The position numbers and the translations under genes were made by a program. From the NCBI RefSeq assembly GCF_006345805.1, contig NC_043020.1, positions 15,066,001 through 15,130,000 of the forward strand: a stretch of 64,000 bases of DNA, written 5' to 3'. The DNA comes from Octopus sinensis. Its lineage: Eukaryota. The notes beneath the pieces are model-generated. The model was not told where the DNA came from, did not search any database, and worked only from the letters and a program-made list of their open reading frames with translations. Of this stretch, positions 52,900-64,000 are shown in pieces; position 1 is the stretch's first letter; the number at the start of each line of letters is the position of its first letter.

Positions 52900-54330
52900 C
52901 TGGAACCAAACTCTTGGCACCAGAATTTTCCTGGGCATCCTTCTTCTGTAGGTTCCATCCACTTTAAGTGATCAGTATGTCTTTATACAACTCTTTCGGT
53001 AATATGCCTCACATATCTGTAACAGGATGAGAGGTCCCTGCACTGGATGAATGCAGCTCGCATCCTTTACATTAAATATTAATCGAAGAAAGAGTCAAGG
53101 ATTCTGATTAACTTCAAAGTATTAATATTTATTTCTTGATTCGCAATATATACATTCTTCTTTCTGGGTGAATTGGCAGCCTAGGAGCTTGTTGCAGTAG
53201 TCAAGGGGAGTGAGCCAAATCCTGTCCGTTCAAGCATAGCGGAGATACGCCACAAGGTAGCAACTTGAGAGAGCTGATAAAACATGTCTGTCTTGTTCAG
53301 CTGCCGGCATTCGAGAGAACGATACAAGGGAATTTTGCTGCTGCTAGTTTTCTGTGCATGCGCATGAGGGAACTTCTGGCAGGCCTCCCAGAAGACTCCA
53401 ACTCTGCACATGTGTGCTGGAGATTTCCAAGATGGCATCACTGCATATCCAAACCATCATAGTCTTCTCTCTTGTATACTACATCTGATGCCTTTTATGC
53501 TCAATTTTTGTCTCTACACATTTGCACTTTGTCATACATGCGTACTGACATTGTACATCCACTGGAGCATATTAGCTTCATTCCTCTCCAGTCTTCACGA
53601 GTCTTCTTCATTCAAGGCCCACTCTCATTATAATGGAGCCTAACCATTATACATGAGCATCATACAATATGTCTTTCACTCAGAGAGAGGCCTTATGTTG
53701 CCAACAGAAGTAATAACTCTGAGAACCATCCTGTTCCTATTCTAACAATTATTCTTTCAAAACATCCACCTCCTTTACTAATTTGGTTACCTAAGTAACA
53801 GAAACTATCTACAATTTCTAGGAACCCTCTGAGGCATTTGAGAAAATCGATTTCCTGTGTACCTGTAGACTTTAGGACTCCTGTGTATCTTCCACACACA
53901 ACCACTGTTTTCTCCATAAACATTCTTGTGATTCCACTACATCCCTTGAGTGCCCATAGCTTGCACTAGGTACACATTGATCTTTGCTAAGTTAACTTTA
54001 AGACACTTTGATTCCAGGTTTTGCTTCCACACCTGGAATTGCTTTTCTAGTCCTGTTACCAATTCTGTTATAACAGCAGGGTCATCAACATATAGTTGCT
54101 CTCATGGGAAACCAGTTCTAAATTCCTCTGTTATAACCTGGTGGACGATAATGAATACGAGAGGGCTGAGAATCAATTCTGCTGAATACCTACCTATACA
54201 CTAAATTTGTTACTGTACTCATAGTTGACTATTACCATACTGACAGCACCCTTGTACATGGCATATACAGCTTTCACAAGCCATTCTTCAATCCTTAGCT
54301 TCTCAGAGCTCACCATATCACAGAGTAAAG
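52900..54330 (-). mobile_element. Degenerate RTE-clade LINE ORF2 fragment
   Basis: KLRIEEWLVKAVYAMYKGAVS, EIVDSFCYLGNQISKGGGC and a terminal KVDGT.RR..PRK-like motif; many stops and frameshifts. Confidence 0.75.
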
Positions 54331-54334
54331 TACA

Positions 54335-54660
54335 AACAGTAATGCTATATGGTAATGAGACATGGGCCCTAAATGCAGAGGACACATGAAGACTGTAGAG
54401 TAACGAAGCTAGTATGCTTCAATGGAAGTGCAATGTCAGTATGCATGTACAATAGAGTGCTGGTGTATTGAGAGAAAAATTAAGCATAAGAGGAATTCGA
54501 TGTAGCGTGCAAGAGAGAAGACTATGCTGCTTTGGCCATGTGATGCATACGAATGAGGACAGTTTTCATAAAAAAAAGGCCAATCGCTTGAATGGAACTT
54601 GTGGAAGAAGGAGACCCAGAAAGAAATGGGATGAAATACTGAAGGGCAATCTCAACATAC
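54335..54660 (+). mobile_element. Degenerate RTE-clade LINE C-terminal fragment, opposite orientation
   Basis: LYGNETWALNAED / REKLSIRGIRCSVQERRLCCFGHVM / GRRRPRKKWDEILKGNL. Confidence 0.75.
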
Positions 54661-55584
54661 TCTTTACTCTCTCTCTCTTTTACTTGTTTCAGTCATTTGA
54701 CTGCGGCCATGCTGGAGCACCACCTTTTTAGTCGAGCAAATCGACCCCAGGACTTATTCTTTGTAAGCCTAGTACTTATTCTATAGGTCTCTTGTCAAGT
54801 GATGTTGGGGGGACAAACACAGACACACAAACATATACACATACATATATATATATATACATATATACGACGGGCTTCTTTTTCAGTTTCCGTCTACCAA
54901 ATCCACTCACAAGGCTTTGGTCAGCCCGAGACTATAGTAGAAGACACTTGCCCAAGGTGCCACGCAGTGGGGCTGAACCCGGAACCATGTGGTTCGTAAG
55001 CAAGCTACTTACCACACAGCCACTCCTACGCCTATGTGTTGAGTTTTTCAGAGGAGATGACAAAGGACTGAGATGACTTGCTTTTTGCAGTGTTTGAGAA
55101 GACTGACATCCTAAAACCACCTTGGTAGTGCTTGTATGCAGGGCTCTGACCCACTTTCATTTTCTTTGTCCCTTCAAGTATTTGTTCCACATCTCATCCT
55201 CTAACATCCATCACTTCTCAATCTATGGTACTACTGGGCTGCTGTAATCACCTGAGAGCAGAATAGGCAAATGCTACACTCCCTCCCTTTTGGTAACTTC
55301 CTCTTCTCCAATGGAACCACTTCCATTTCTCATTATCTTCCCTGCCCTCTATTTCCACCAATCACCTCCTTTCTGTTCCTTCAGCTATTGCTTCCTCTCC
55401 TCTCTGCCATACTCCATCTTTCACACCTCCCCTATCTGATGTCACTCTCTATGCCCTTGCATATTTACCATAGCCACCCCCTGAGCCACTCCTGTATCTC
55501 TCACCATCACTTGCTACAGTCACCTCTACCCTTTCTCTAACCATCCCTCCTCACACTTTATGAGCTTAATATATCCTCTAATTA

Positions 55585-55637
55585 ACATATATATATACAT
55601 ATACATATATATATATTATATATATATATATATATAG

Positions 55638-55673
<36 letters not shown>

Positions 55674-55697
55674 ATATATATATATATATATTATATG

Positions 55698-55751
<54 letters not shown>

Positions 55752-55822
55752 GTATATATATTATATGTATATATAATATATATATATTATATGTATATAT
55801 ATATATATATTATATATATATG

Positions 55823-55853
<31 letters not shown>

Positions 55854-55935
55854 TATATGTATATATATTATATATATATATATTTATGTATATATATATA
55901 TTATATGTATATATATATTAATTATATATAATATA

Positions 55936-55979
<44 letters not shown>

Positions 55980-56042
55980 TATATATATTATTGTATATAT
56001 ATAATATATATATATTATATATTATATGTATATAATATTATA

Positions 56043-56090
<48 letters not shown>

Positions 56091-56174
56091 TTATATGTAT
56101 ATATATATTATATGTAATATATATTATATGTATATATAATATATTATATATTATATGTATATATATATATATGT

Positions 56175-56218
<44 letters not shown>

Positions 56219-56220
56219 TT
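55585..56220. repeat. (AT)n block
   Basis: About 640 bp. Confidence 0.95.
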
Positions 56221-56502
56221 TTTATTTGACAGGTTTCTTTCAGTTTCCAGCAACCAAATCCAATCTCAAGGCTTTGGTTAGTCCAAGGCTATAGTAGAAG
56301 ACACTTCCCCAAAGTGCTATGCAGTGACTGAACCTGGAACCATTGGTTGGGAAGCAAGCTTCTTACCACACAGCCATGTCTGCAGTCTCTATCTGTCTGT
56401 CTATCTGTCTCTCTCTCCCTCTCTCTCTCTCTATATATATATATATGTATATGTATATATGCACACACTCACACACACACACATACACACACACACACAT
56501 AT

Positions 56503-56912
56503 ATAAAAGAAGAAGCAAGAAATGAAGATTGGGAGTCAATAATTGTTTATTAACAACAAATCAATCATCATCCCTTACAGCTATTTCAATTAATACTTAG
56601 TGAATTAATTAGATATTAAATTCATATGCTCTGAGCATATCTTCAGATGGAAAAAATAAACCCTTGGCTGTTTTATATATGTGTTTATGGATTCATTATA
56701 GTGTTCTATAATGAATCCATAAAAACATATTTGAAACATCCAAAGGTATATTCTTTTCCCTCTGAAGATATTATGCTCAGGGCATATGAGTTTAATAACT
56801 AATTAATGCACTTAGTATTAATTGAAACAGCTGTAAGGGATGATGATTAACTTGTAGTTAATAATAAACAATTATTAACTTCCCAATCTCCATTTTTTGC
56901 TTCTTCTTTTAT
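56503..56912. mobile_element. Foldback element (imperfect ~400-bp palindrome)
   Basis: aaaagaagaagc...gcttcttctttt ends; centre attatagtgttctataat at about 56696-56713; TA flanks. Confidence 0.75.
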
Positions 56913-56919
56913 ATGAATA

Positions 56920-57425
56920 CTAGCAGTATCGCCCGGCGTTGCTCGGGTTTGTAAGGGAAATAACTATATAAGCATTTTTAGAGAGTTACTTCCCTTATAA
57001 ATTCGGGCTTTCTTAGCCATTTTTGTTTTGGTGTCTTCAAGCCATGAAGTCGTTGTTCTAAAAGAACGCTGGTTTCCTTCACAATGCATTATGACGTTGA
57101 TTTCTTTACACTCCCTTCCCCACAGCTTCACGAGGGAGGGAAGGGGGAGAAGCAAACAGGTGCAGCTGTGAGCGTGGACGCCAACTCCGCTGCCATCGAC
57201 ACACGATGCATTTTATGCATTAAAATGGAATAAAAAATGATGTTAAATTATTTTTAAAATCGTAGACTCATCGTTGTCGTGCGCTAATAGTCAGACGGGC
57301 TCGATATGAATCACGACTATAAGATACCCGAATTTGGTTAAACTGCACCGCAAAATGTGGGAGGAGTTAGGAATCTAAATTGAAGGGGACAGACACTCAC
57401 ACAACTAGAGTTTTATATATATAGA
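56920..57425 (-). mobile_element. Non-autonomous Helitron-like element with the same 3' end but a different interior
   Basis: a|ctagcagtatcgcccggcgttgctcggg on +; 5' TCTATATATATAAAA on -. Confidence 0.75.
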
Positions 57426-57594
57426 TAAACTACATGGTTTTATATATTTACCTCTTATCTTAAGGAAATTAATTCCCCCAAAATATTAGATATTGAACCA
57501 GTATTTTCTCAGATGACACCACCTCTTCACAAGGCTAATACAACCTTTAATCGAATTTTATATATATATATATATATATATAGACAGATAAATA

Positions 57595-57841
57595 AAATCA
57601 AAATAATCAACAAGGATATCCAGAGGTAATGTAGTACGATCATTTCAAGTAACTCCTTAAATGCAGAGCAATCCTCAGCTGCATAAAGACATAGAATCTA
57701 ATTAAATTAAAACAGATGGACACATTAGGATTGCTCTGCATTTAAATTGATGTAATGATCGCATTGTTCAATTAAATGGAGTTGCTTGAAAAGATCATAC
57801 TGCATTACCTCTGGATATCCTTGTTGATTATTTTGATTTCA
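57595..57841. mobile_element. Foldback MITE with long TIRs
   Basis: aaatcaaaataatcaacaaggatatccagaggtaatg / cattacctctggatatccttgttgattattttgattt. Confidence 0.75.
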
Positions 57842-57861
57842 ATCACCTTATTTTGAAATTG

Positions 57862-58172
57862 TATGGATTATTGTTTGTTCCTTCTCGAGCCATCCCTGGT
57901 TCATTAGGGCCGTTTTCCCAGTTTCCTTGGTATATAGGTTCCCCACTTGGACAAGATGCTGGTCTGTCACAGGTGAGCTGTATGACGCAGGAGGAAAAAG
58001 TGAGAGAAAGTTGCGGCGAAAGAGTCAGCAGAAGTTCGCCATTACCTTCTGCCGGAGCCGCGTGGAACTTAGGTGTTTCACTCATAAACACACACATCGC
58101 CCAGTCTGAGATTCGAACCCATGATCCCTTGACCATGAGTCCACTGCTCTAACCACTAGGCCATGAGCCTCC
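57862..58172 (-). mobile_element. SINE family A-related element, tail type W
   Basis: Head ggaggctcatggcctagtggttagagcagtggactc; a related 5' part lies at 38155-38360(+). Confidence 0.75.
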
Positions 58173-58291
58173 ACTGTATGGATTATACCATACTAAATTC
58201 TGGTGCCTCAACTTAAGTACCATATTCATCTGAATCTAAATTTTTGCTATATATACAGATAGATATATATCACCAGTCAAATTTCCAATAT

Positions 58292-58327
<36 letters not shown>

Positions 58328-59075
58328 CAATTTCACTCATATCAAGTGTATGCTAAGTTTTCAAAAAGATTAATCATTGGTTATAGGATGCCAAATAAAG
58401 AAAAAAAAAGAAACATAAAATGTCTAGCAATTTGCATTTTGTGGAGGTGCGTGGCTTAGTGGTTAGGGTGTCAGCATCATGATTGTAAGATTGTGGTTTT
58501 GATTCCTGGACCGGGCGACACGTTGTGTTCTTGAGGAAAACACTTCATTTCACATTGCTCCAATCCACTCAGCTGGCAAAAATGAGTAACGCTGCAATGG
58601 ACTGGCGACCCGTCCAGCTGGGGAACACATACGCCATTGAAACCGGGAAACCGGGCCCATGAGCCTGGATAGGCTTTAAAAAGGGCGCATTTATTTATTT
58701 TTTAAAATTTGCATTTTAGTTATGTTAAGGGCCTCCAAGAGAAATCTGGAAAGATGGAACAAAATGACTCTCAAGATCTGATATAGGGAAGGGGTTACTT
58801 CCAAAGTTAGGGTTCTGAACTTTTCTCCTGTCTGATTTCTTTTGCTTTTGCTAAGGATGGGTGGTAGAAGGGTGTCCTTGCTTTTCCAGGCCCTGACTGG
58901 CTGACACTCACTCTCATAGGCCCTGGCCATGCTGATAGTAAATAAGAAGGAAAATAATATTTTGCTATTGTTGACAAAATCTTGGAGATGCTGGAATTGA
59001 AGTAGGATAACTGTGGTAATCGGAAGGGTGAGAGGGCTTGCTCTGTTTGGTGATGGGACAAAACCATCCAAATTC

Positions 59076-59109
<34 letters not shown>

Positions 59110-59407
59110 CAACGAGGAAACTTCTACAGGGTCACCCACCCTGCTAGAAATATCAACCTAATCTCCGTTATGTCATACCCTACTGTTTTAAAACGATGAG
59201 GATGTGTTTGATTATGTAGTCTTAGACATGCTATGCTTGGACATAAAATGTACGGGATGGTCACATCTGCAACGTATTTGATTACAAGAATGCCTGATCA
59301 AGACTGACCTGGGGTTAAACATCAATTACTACTGCTACTTTCGTCAGTTATATTTTACCACTTATGAAGAAGAAAAATAGGAAGAAAAAGTCATGTTTGT
59401 CACTCAC

Positions 59408-59925
59408 CGTGCTATCTGTAAAAGATCGTCATCCGTAAGAGAGAAACCTCCATTGATTTGGACCTGTTCCATATTACTGAGAGGTGCCAGGCTCTCAACT
59501 ACGGCTCTTGTCCACAAAACTGGTAGACGAAGATAGCGCAGATTCCTCAAGCGGGGAATGAGAGAGAATACGCTTTCGTAGACTGGTGACTGTTCTCTCC
59601 ATATAAGTTTCTGTATGTGATGTCCGTAAACACGAAATATAGAACAGACGAGACTAAAGTGCCAGTAACTATACCGTGTCGGATTAATATGTAATGATCG
59701 CCACAGTGTAGCTGTATGTTTTAGTACGTCTCGCCATTTACGACAAACAAAAGCCAAAAGTGACAACTGGTCCTCTACAGGATGAAAGTACTGAAAGATC
59801 CTCGCTATAAGTTCACCCGGCAACTCGTTGATGTAGCATCTCTCAGTTCTTCTCGTCTGACCCTCAAACTGGACAATTTCTCCCCAACTTTCATCGTCGA
59901 CAGCGACATTCATAAGTTCACTCAT
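59408..59925 (-). CDS. F-box/LRR-repeat protein, coding exon 1 (F-box domain)
   Basis: ATG at 59925. F-box motif INELPGELIARIFQYFHP..LSLLAFVCRKWRDV, then LRR-like segments. Donor gtgagt at 59407, phase 2 (CG|). Confidence 0.9.
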
Positions 59926-60269
59926 TACTAAAGTGGTGTGTCTCTTTTTCTTTCTCTTTATTTTTCTCTTTCCTTGACCAGTCCAGTTTGTTTCACCTTC
60001 TGCAGCATCAAGCCATTACTATACGTGTCTGGCGTAGTAAGGAAGAGTTTCATTCATAAAACTGGGCAAACGCCTACACAAGGGCTGTTTGAATGGAAAG
60101 TTCGAAGCTCAGTTCATTTTAGCTTTGACGTCAACACCAGCTGTTTACATCTGATAAAACTATTCAACAATTTGAACTACTTTCACGTTGTTTCTATCGA
60201 TTTAACCAGGACCGGACGCGTGGACTTGCCACGAACCAAGTTTCTACGGTTTTCAGTGGCTGGTCACCC

Positions 60270-60705
60270 TCTTCCTTTTCTTCTTCTTCTGTCTTCTTCT
60301 TCTTCTTCTTTTTCCTTTTCTTCTTCTTTTTCCTTTTCTTCTTCTTTTTCTTTTTCTTCTTCTTCTTCTTCTTCTTCTTCTTCTACTTCTTCCTTTTCTT
60401 CTTCTTCTTCTTCTTCTTCTTCTTCTTCTTCTTCTTCTTCTTCCTTTTCTTCTTCTTCTTCTTCTTCTTCTTCTTTTCTTCTTCTTCCTTTTTTCTTCTC
60501 TTCTTCTCTTTTCTTCTCCTTTTCTTCTTCTGTCTTCTTCTTCTTTCTTCATTTTCTTCTTCTCCTTTTATTCTTCTTCTTCTTCTTCTTTCTTCTGTGT
60601 CTTCTTCTTCTTCTTCCTTTTCTTCTTCTTCTTCTTCTTCTTCTTCCTTTTTTTCTTCTTCTTCTTCTTCTCCTCCTCCTCCTCCTCCTCCCACCACCAC
60701 CACCC
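60270..60705. repeat. (TTC)n/(TCC)n polypyrimidine tract upstream of the F-box ATG
   Basis: About 430 bp almost free of purines on +; followed by (AG)n at about 60820-60870. Confidence 0.95.
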
Positions 60706-60814
60706 TCACGTTTCAGTCAATTTATATATGAGCGTTCATAACTGTGTATCATGCGTGTGCGAAAGAGTGGGTGGGTGTTCTGTCAATGAACATATAACAT
60801 CGAGAAAGGTAAAG

Positions 60815-60869
<55 letters not shown>

Positions 60870-60952
60870 ATTACAAATTTATTCCCCTTCTCTGTCTATC
60901 TGTCTGTCTGTTACATAGATTCCCTTCCATATTTTGTGCAGTTCATGTATGC

Positions 60953-60995
<43 letters not shown>

Positions 60996-60998
<3 letters not shown>

Positions 60999-61351
60999 TC
61001 ATCATCATCATCGTTAAACGTCCGTTCTCCATGCTAGCATGGGTTGCACGGTTCGACCGGGGATCTGGGAAGCCAGAAGGCTGCACCAGGCTCCAGTCTT
61101 ATCTGGCAATGTTTCTACAGCTGGATGCCCTTCCTAACGCCAACCACTCCGTGAGTGTAGTGGGTGCTTTTTACGTGCCACCTGCATAGGTGCCAGGCGG
61201 GGCTGGCAACGGCCATGGGCAGAACGGTGCATTTTACGTGCCACCGGCACTGAAGCTAGTCAAGGCGGGGCTGGCATCAGCCACGATTCGGATAGTGCTT
61301 TTTACGTACCACCAGTCCAGAGGTCTTGGCATCTGCCGGGTGCCAGTCATA

Positions 61352-61352
<1 letters not shown>
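60996..61352 (-). mobile_element. RTE 3' UTR copy flanked by (AT)n on both sides
   Basis: Consensus; (AT)n at 60955-60995 and 61355-61390. Confidence 0.8.
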
Positions 61353-61394
<42 letters not shown>

Positions 61395-61737
61395 TGCATA
61401 TGAGGGAGTGCTGGAAAGCTTCAGGCTTTGGCTAAAACAAAATACAGGCGGATCAGTTAAGTTAATTATGATTATATTCAACATATTCTCCTTTCAGATC
61501 CACACACTTATTATGGCAGTCCTTCAGTTTTTCTAAGCCCTCTAAAAGAACTCAGAAGATTGAGCCTCCAGCCAGGCCTTTTGTGATACCCTTAAAGCAA
61601 GGATCTTTTCAGCACCCCCCTTGTATATAATATTCCACTGAGGCATTATGAGACTAATAACTTTGTGCTGAACTCAATGTTCATATGCTTCAGAACGAAG
61701 TGTTACACATCTATACACACACTCTCTTCCACACATA

Positions 61738-62120
61738 TATCATCATCATCGTTTAGCGTCCGTTTTCCATGCTAGCATGTGTTGGACGGTTCAACTGGGG
61801 TCTGGGAAGCCAGAAGGCTGCACCAGGCCCAGTTTGATCTGGCAGTGTTTCTACGGCTGGATGCCCTTCCTAATGCCAACCACTCCGAGAGTGTAGTGGG
61901 TGCTTTTTACGTGCCACCTGCACAGGTGCCAGACGAGTTTGGCAAACGGCCAGAATCGGATGGTGATTTTTATGTGCCACCGGCATGGGGGCCAGGCGAG
62001 GCTGGCAACGGTCATGAACGGATGGTGCTTTTTACGTGCCACTGGCATGGGGGCCAGGCGAGGCTGGCAACGGCCACGAACGGATGGTGCTTTTTATGTG
62101 CCACCGACACGATTGTAACT
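61738..62120 (-). mobile_element. RTE 3' UTR copy with four ~62-bp units
   Basis: Unit spacing 61967 to 62029 = 62 bp. Confidence 0.8.
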
Positions 62121-62783
62121 GAAATTAGTTATATGATAATATATAAAACAAAAAAGGCAAAAGATTCTTCCTGAGTCATATGACTCACAGGACCAGTTTT
62201 GCAGTTTCCATGACATATATTTCTCCAGCCCCTGAAATGAGGTGCTGTGCCATAGCAGGAATACTCACTTTTGCCAGCCAAGTAGATTGCAACATGAAAT
62301 ATAAAGTGAGATGTTTTGCTCAAGAACACAACATTACACAGTTCACCATATTCCCTTCCATATCAGCTAACTCTGATGAGCGTAAAGTTATATAATCAGT
62401 TTGTTACCTAACACTCCTTTGAAGTCTTAATGCGAAACCGATTGGTAAAACCAGCTGTGATGAATATTTAATACTATACATTTCAGGTAATATATAAATG
62501 TGTATGTGTGTGTGTATGTTTAGAAGGCTTTTTTGTTATGGCTGATCAGAGAATGACCATCAGTCCTGCATCTATGAAGTGCTTAGCTATGTAGATGATT
62601 CATCAGACCCACCTCCAGTTGTAGAGAAGTTATGTGCCTCCAGCTGTTTGAGTCTGGTGAGTCACTTATACAGCTAAGCTCCTTATTTGTGAGAAATCAA
62701 TGGTCACTCTCTGACTAGCCATAATAAACAACCTTCTACATATTAGAGAGTGCTTCTTTTCAAATTTTTCAACTGCTGACTGG

Positions 62784-62820
<37 letters not shown>

Positions 62821-63388
62821 GAGAGAGAGAGAGAGAGAGATAGATATATATATAAAATATTAGAAAAAAAACACCTTTTATCAATTCAAAATGAATAATT
62901 AAATTAAACCATCTAGAAAATACATATAATAGAAAAGTTAAAATTAAGATAACAATTAAAAGTAAAGATTAAATAAAAAAAAAAAAAAATAATATAGTGT
63001 ATATAATAGGTTTTTCTGCCTATTATATACATTATATTATTTTTGTAATTTACTTAATCTTTACGTTTTATTGTTATTTGAATTTTATTCCCTCAAATAA
63101 TAATTATATAAATATATATATAAATGGAGAGAAAAAATATAACATGATGAAGTGATAGGAAGACAGAAGCTAGAAGCTGAGTGGAGGGGAGATAATAACA
63201 ATTACCCGGCTCAACTGGGGTTCACAAGCATATGTGTGTATGTAAGAATGATGTGTGAGAATGTGTACGTAATATACATACATATATACACACACACATA
63301 CATACATACATATATACAAACATACATATATATATATATATATAGATATATATATATATATATCATATATATATATATATATATATAT

Positions 63389-63539
63389 TAGGAAGGGCGT
63401 TAGGAAGGCATCCAGCCGTAGAAACACTGCCAGATTTGAATGGCCTGATGAGCTCTTCTGGCTTTCACACCCAGTAGAACCGTCCAACCCTGCTAGATGG
63501 AAAGCGGACGTAAACGATGATGATGATGATGATGATGAT
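63389..63539 (+). mobile_element. Short RTE 3' tail copy inside (AT)n
   Basis: ggaaggcatccagccgtagaaac...(GAT)n. Confidence 0.75.
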
Positions 63540-63540
63540 A

Positions 63541-63742
63541 TATACAACTTATAAATAAAGGGAAACGAAAAAATTCTAATGCCAAATATGCCGAAATTGG
63601 ACATATTATCCATAACCATATAATTTTTATACCATATAAAATTTTATACCATAAATTATATGGTTATGGACAATATGTCCAATTTCAGCATATTTGGCAT
63701 TAGAAATTTTTTCGTTTGCCCTTATTTATAAGTTGTTTATAA
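63541..63742. mobile_element. Foldback palindrome
   Basis: aattctaatgccaaatatg..aaattggacatatt / aatatgtccaattt..catatttggcattagaaatt. Confidence 0.7.
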
Positions 63743-63827
63743 ATTTAACCTTTAGAGGTATTTTTTTAATATGCTGGCCATTTGATAAAATATTTTTTCG
63801 AAAATATTATATTATACCTATATATAT

Positions 63828-63887
<60 letters not shown>

Positions 63888-64000
63888 TATGTAGTATGTA
63901 TGTATGTGTGTGTGTGTGTATGTATGTGTGTGTGTGTGTGTGTGTAAGGTGCAGGTATTGCAGTGTGGTAAAAGGTTTGCCTTCCAAGCGTATGGTTCTA

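Noticed and set aside
58691-59139. 126-aa and 110-aa overlapping ORFs near the exon 1 donor
   Set aside because: No recognisable domain, and exon 1 already joins exon 2 in phase; probably a decayed repeat.
59938-60741. Poly-Ser/Phe and poly-Arg/Lys/Glu ORFs
   Set aside because: Products of the (TTC)n tract; no domain or splice support.
61900-62110. Regularly spaced ~62-bp repeats resembling a CRISPR array
   Set aside because: The whole unit is repeated with no unique spacers, it lies in an RTE 3' UTR, and the context is eukaryotic with no cas genes.

Overview
This is AT-rich eukaryotic (animal) genomic DNA, not prokaryotic. The SINE families, long (AT)n/(ATGT)n tracts and large introns point to a coleoid cephalopod, most likely Octopus (inference). 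Two convergent protein-coding genes are supported by splice-site and phase analysis. (1) The last two exons of a TRIP12-type HECT E3 ubiquitin ligase on + (5444-5642, 8465-8661). (2) A three-coding-exon F-box/LRR gene on - (59925-59408, 31917-31599, 24660-23587; 1911 nt = 636 aa + stop; introns of 27,490 and 6,938 nt). The rest is mostly nested repeats: several tRNA-derived SINE families, 5'-truncated RTE, CR1/L2, R4/Dong and Penelope-like retroelement fragments, piggyBac-, hAT- and mariner-type MITEs, non-autonomous Helitrons, foldback elements and microsatellites. Most ORF-track entries are artefacts of these repeats. The best hunt result is a TSD-bounded ~390-bp non-coding RTE-like element (11571-11962, -). 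Its 5' end folds into an HDV-like self-cleaving ribozyme whose predicted cleavage site coincides with the element boundary. A second ribozyme-related signal is a TSD-bounded palindrome with a degenerate hammerhead core (50286-50487). Family assignments come from recalled motif similarity, not database searches. Repeat boundaries are approximate unless a TSD or TIR is given.
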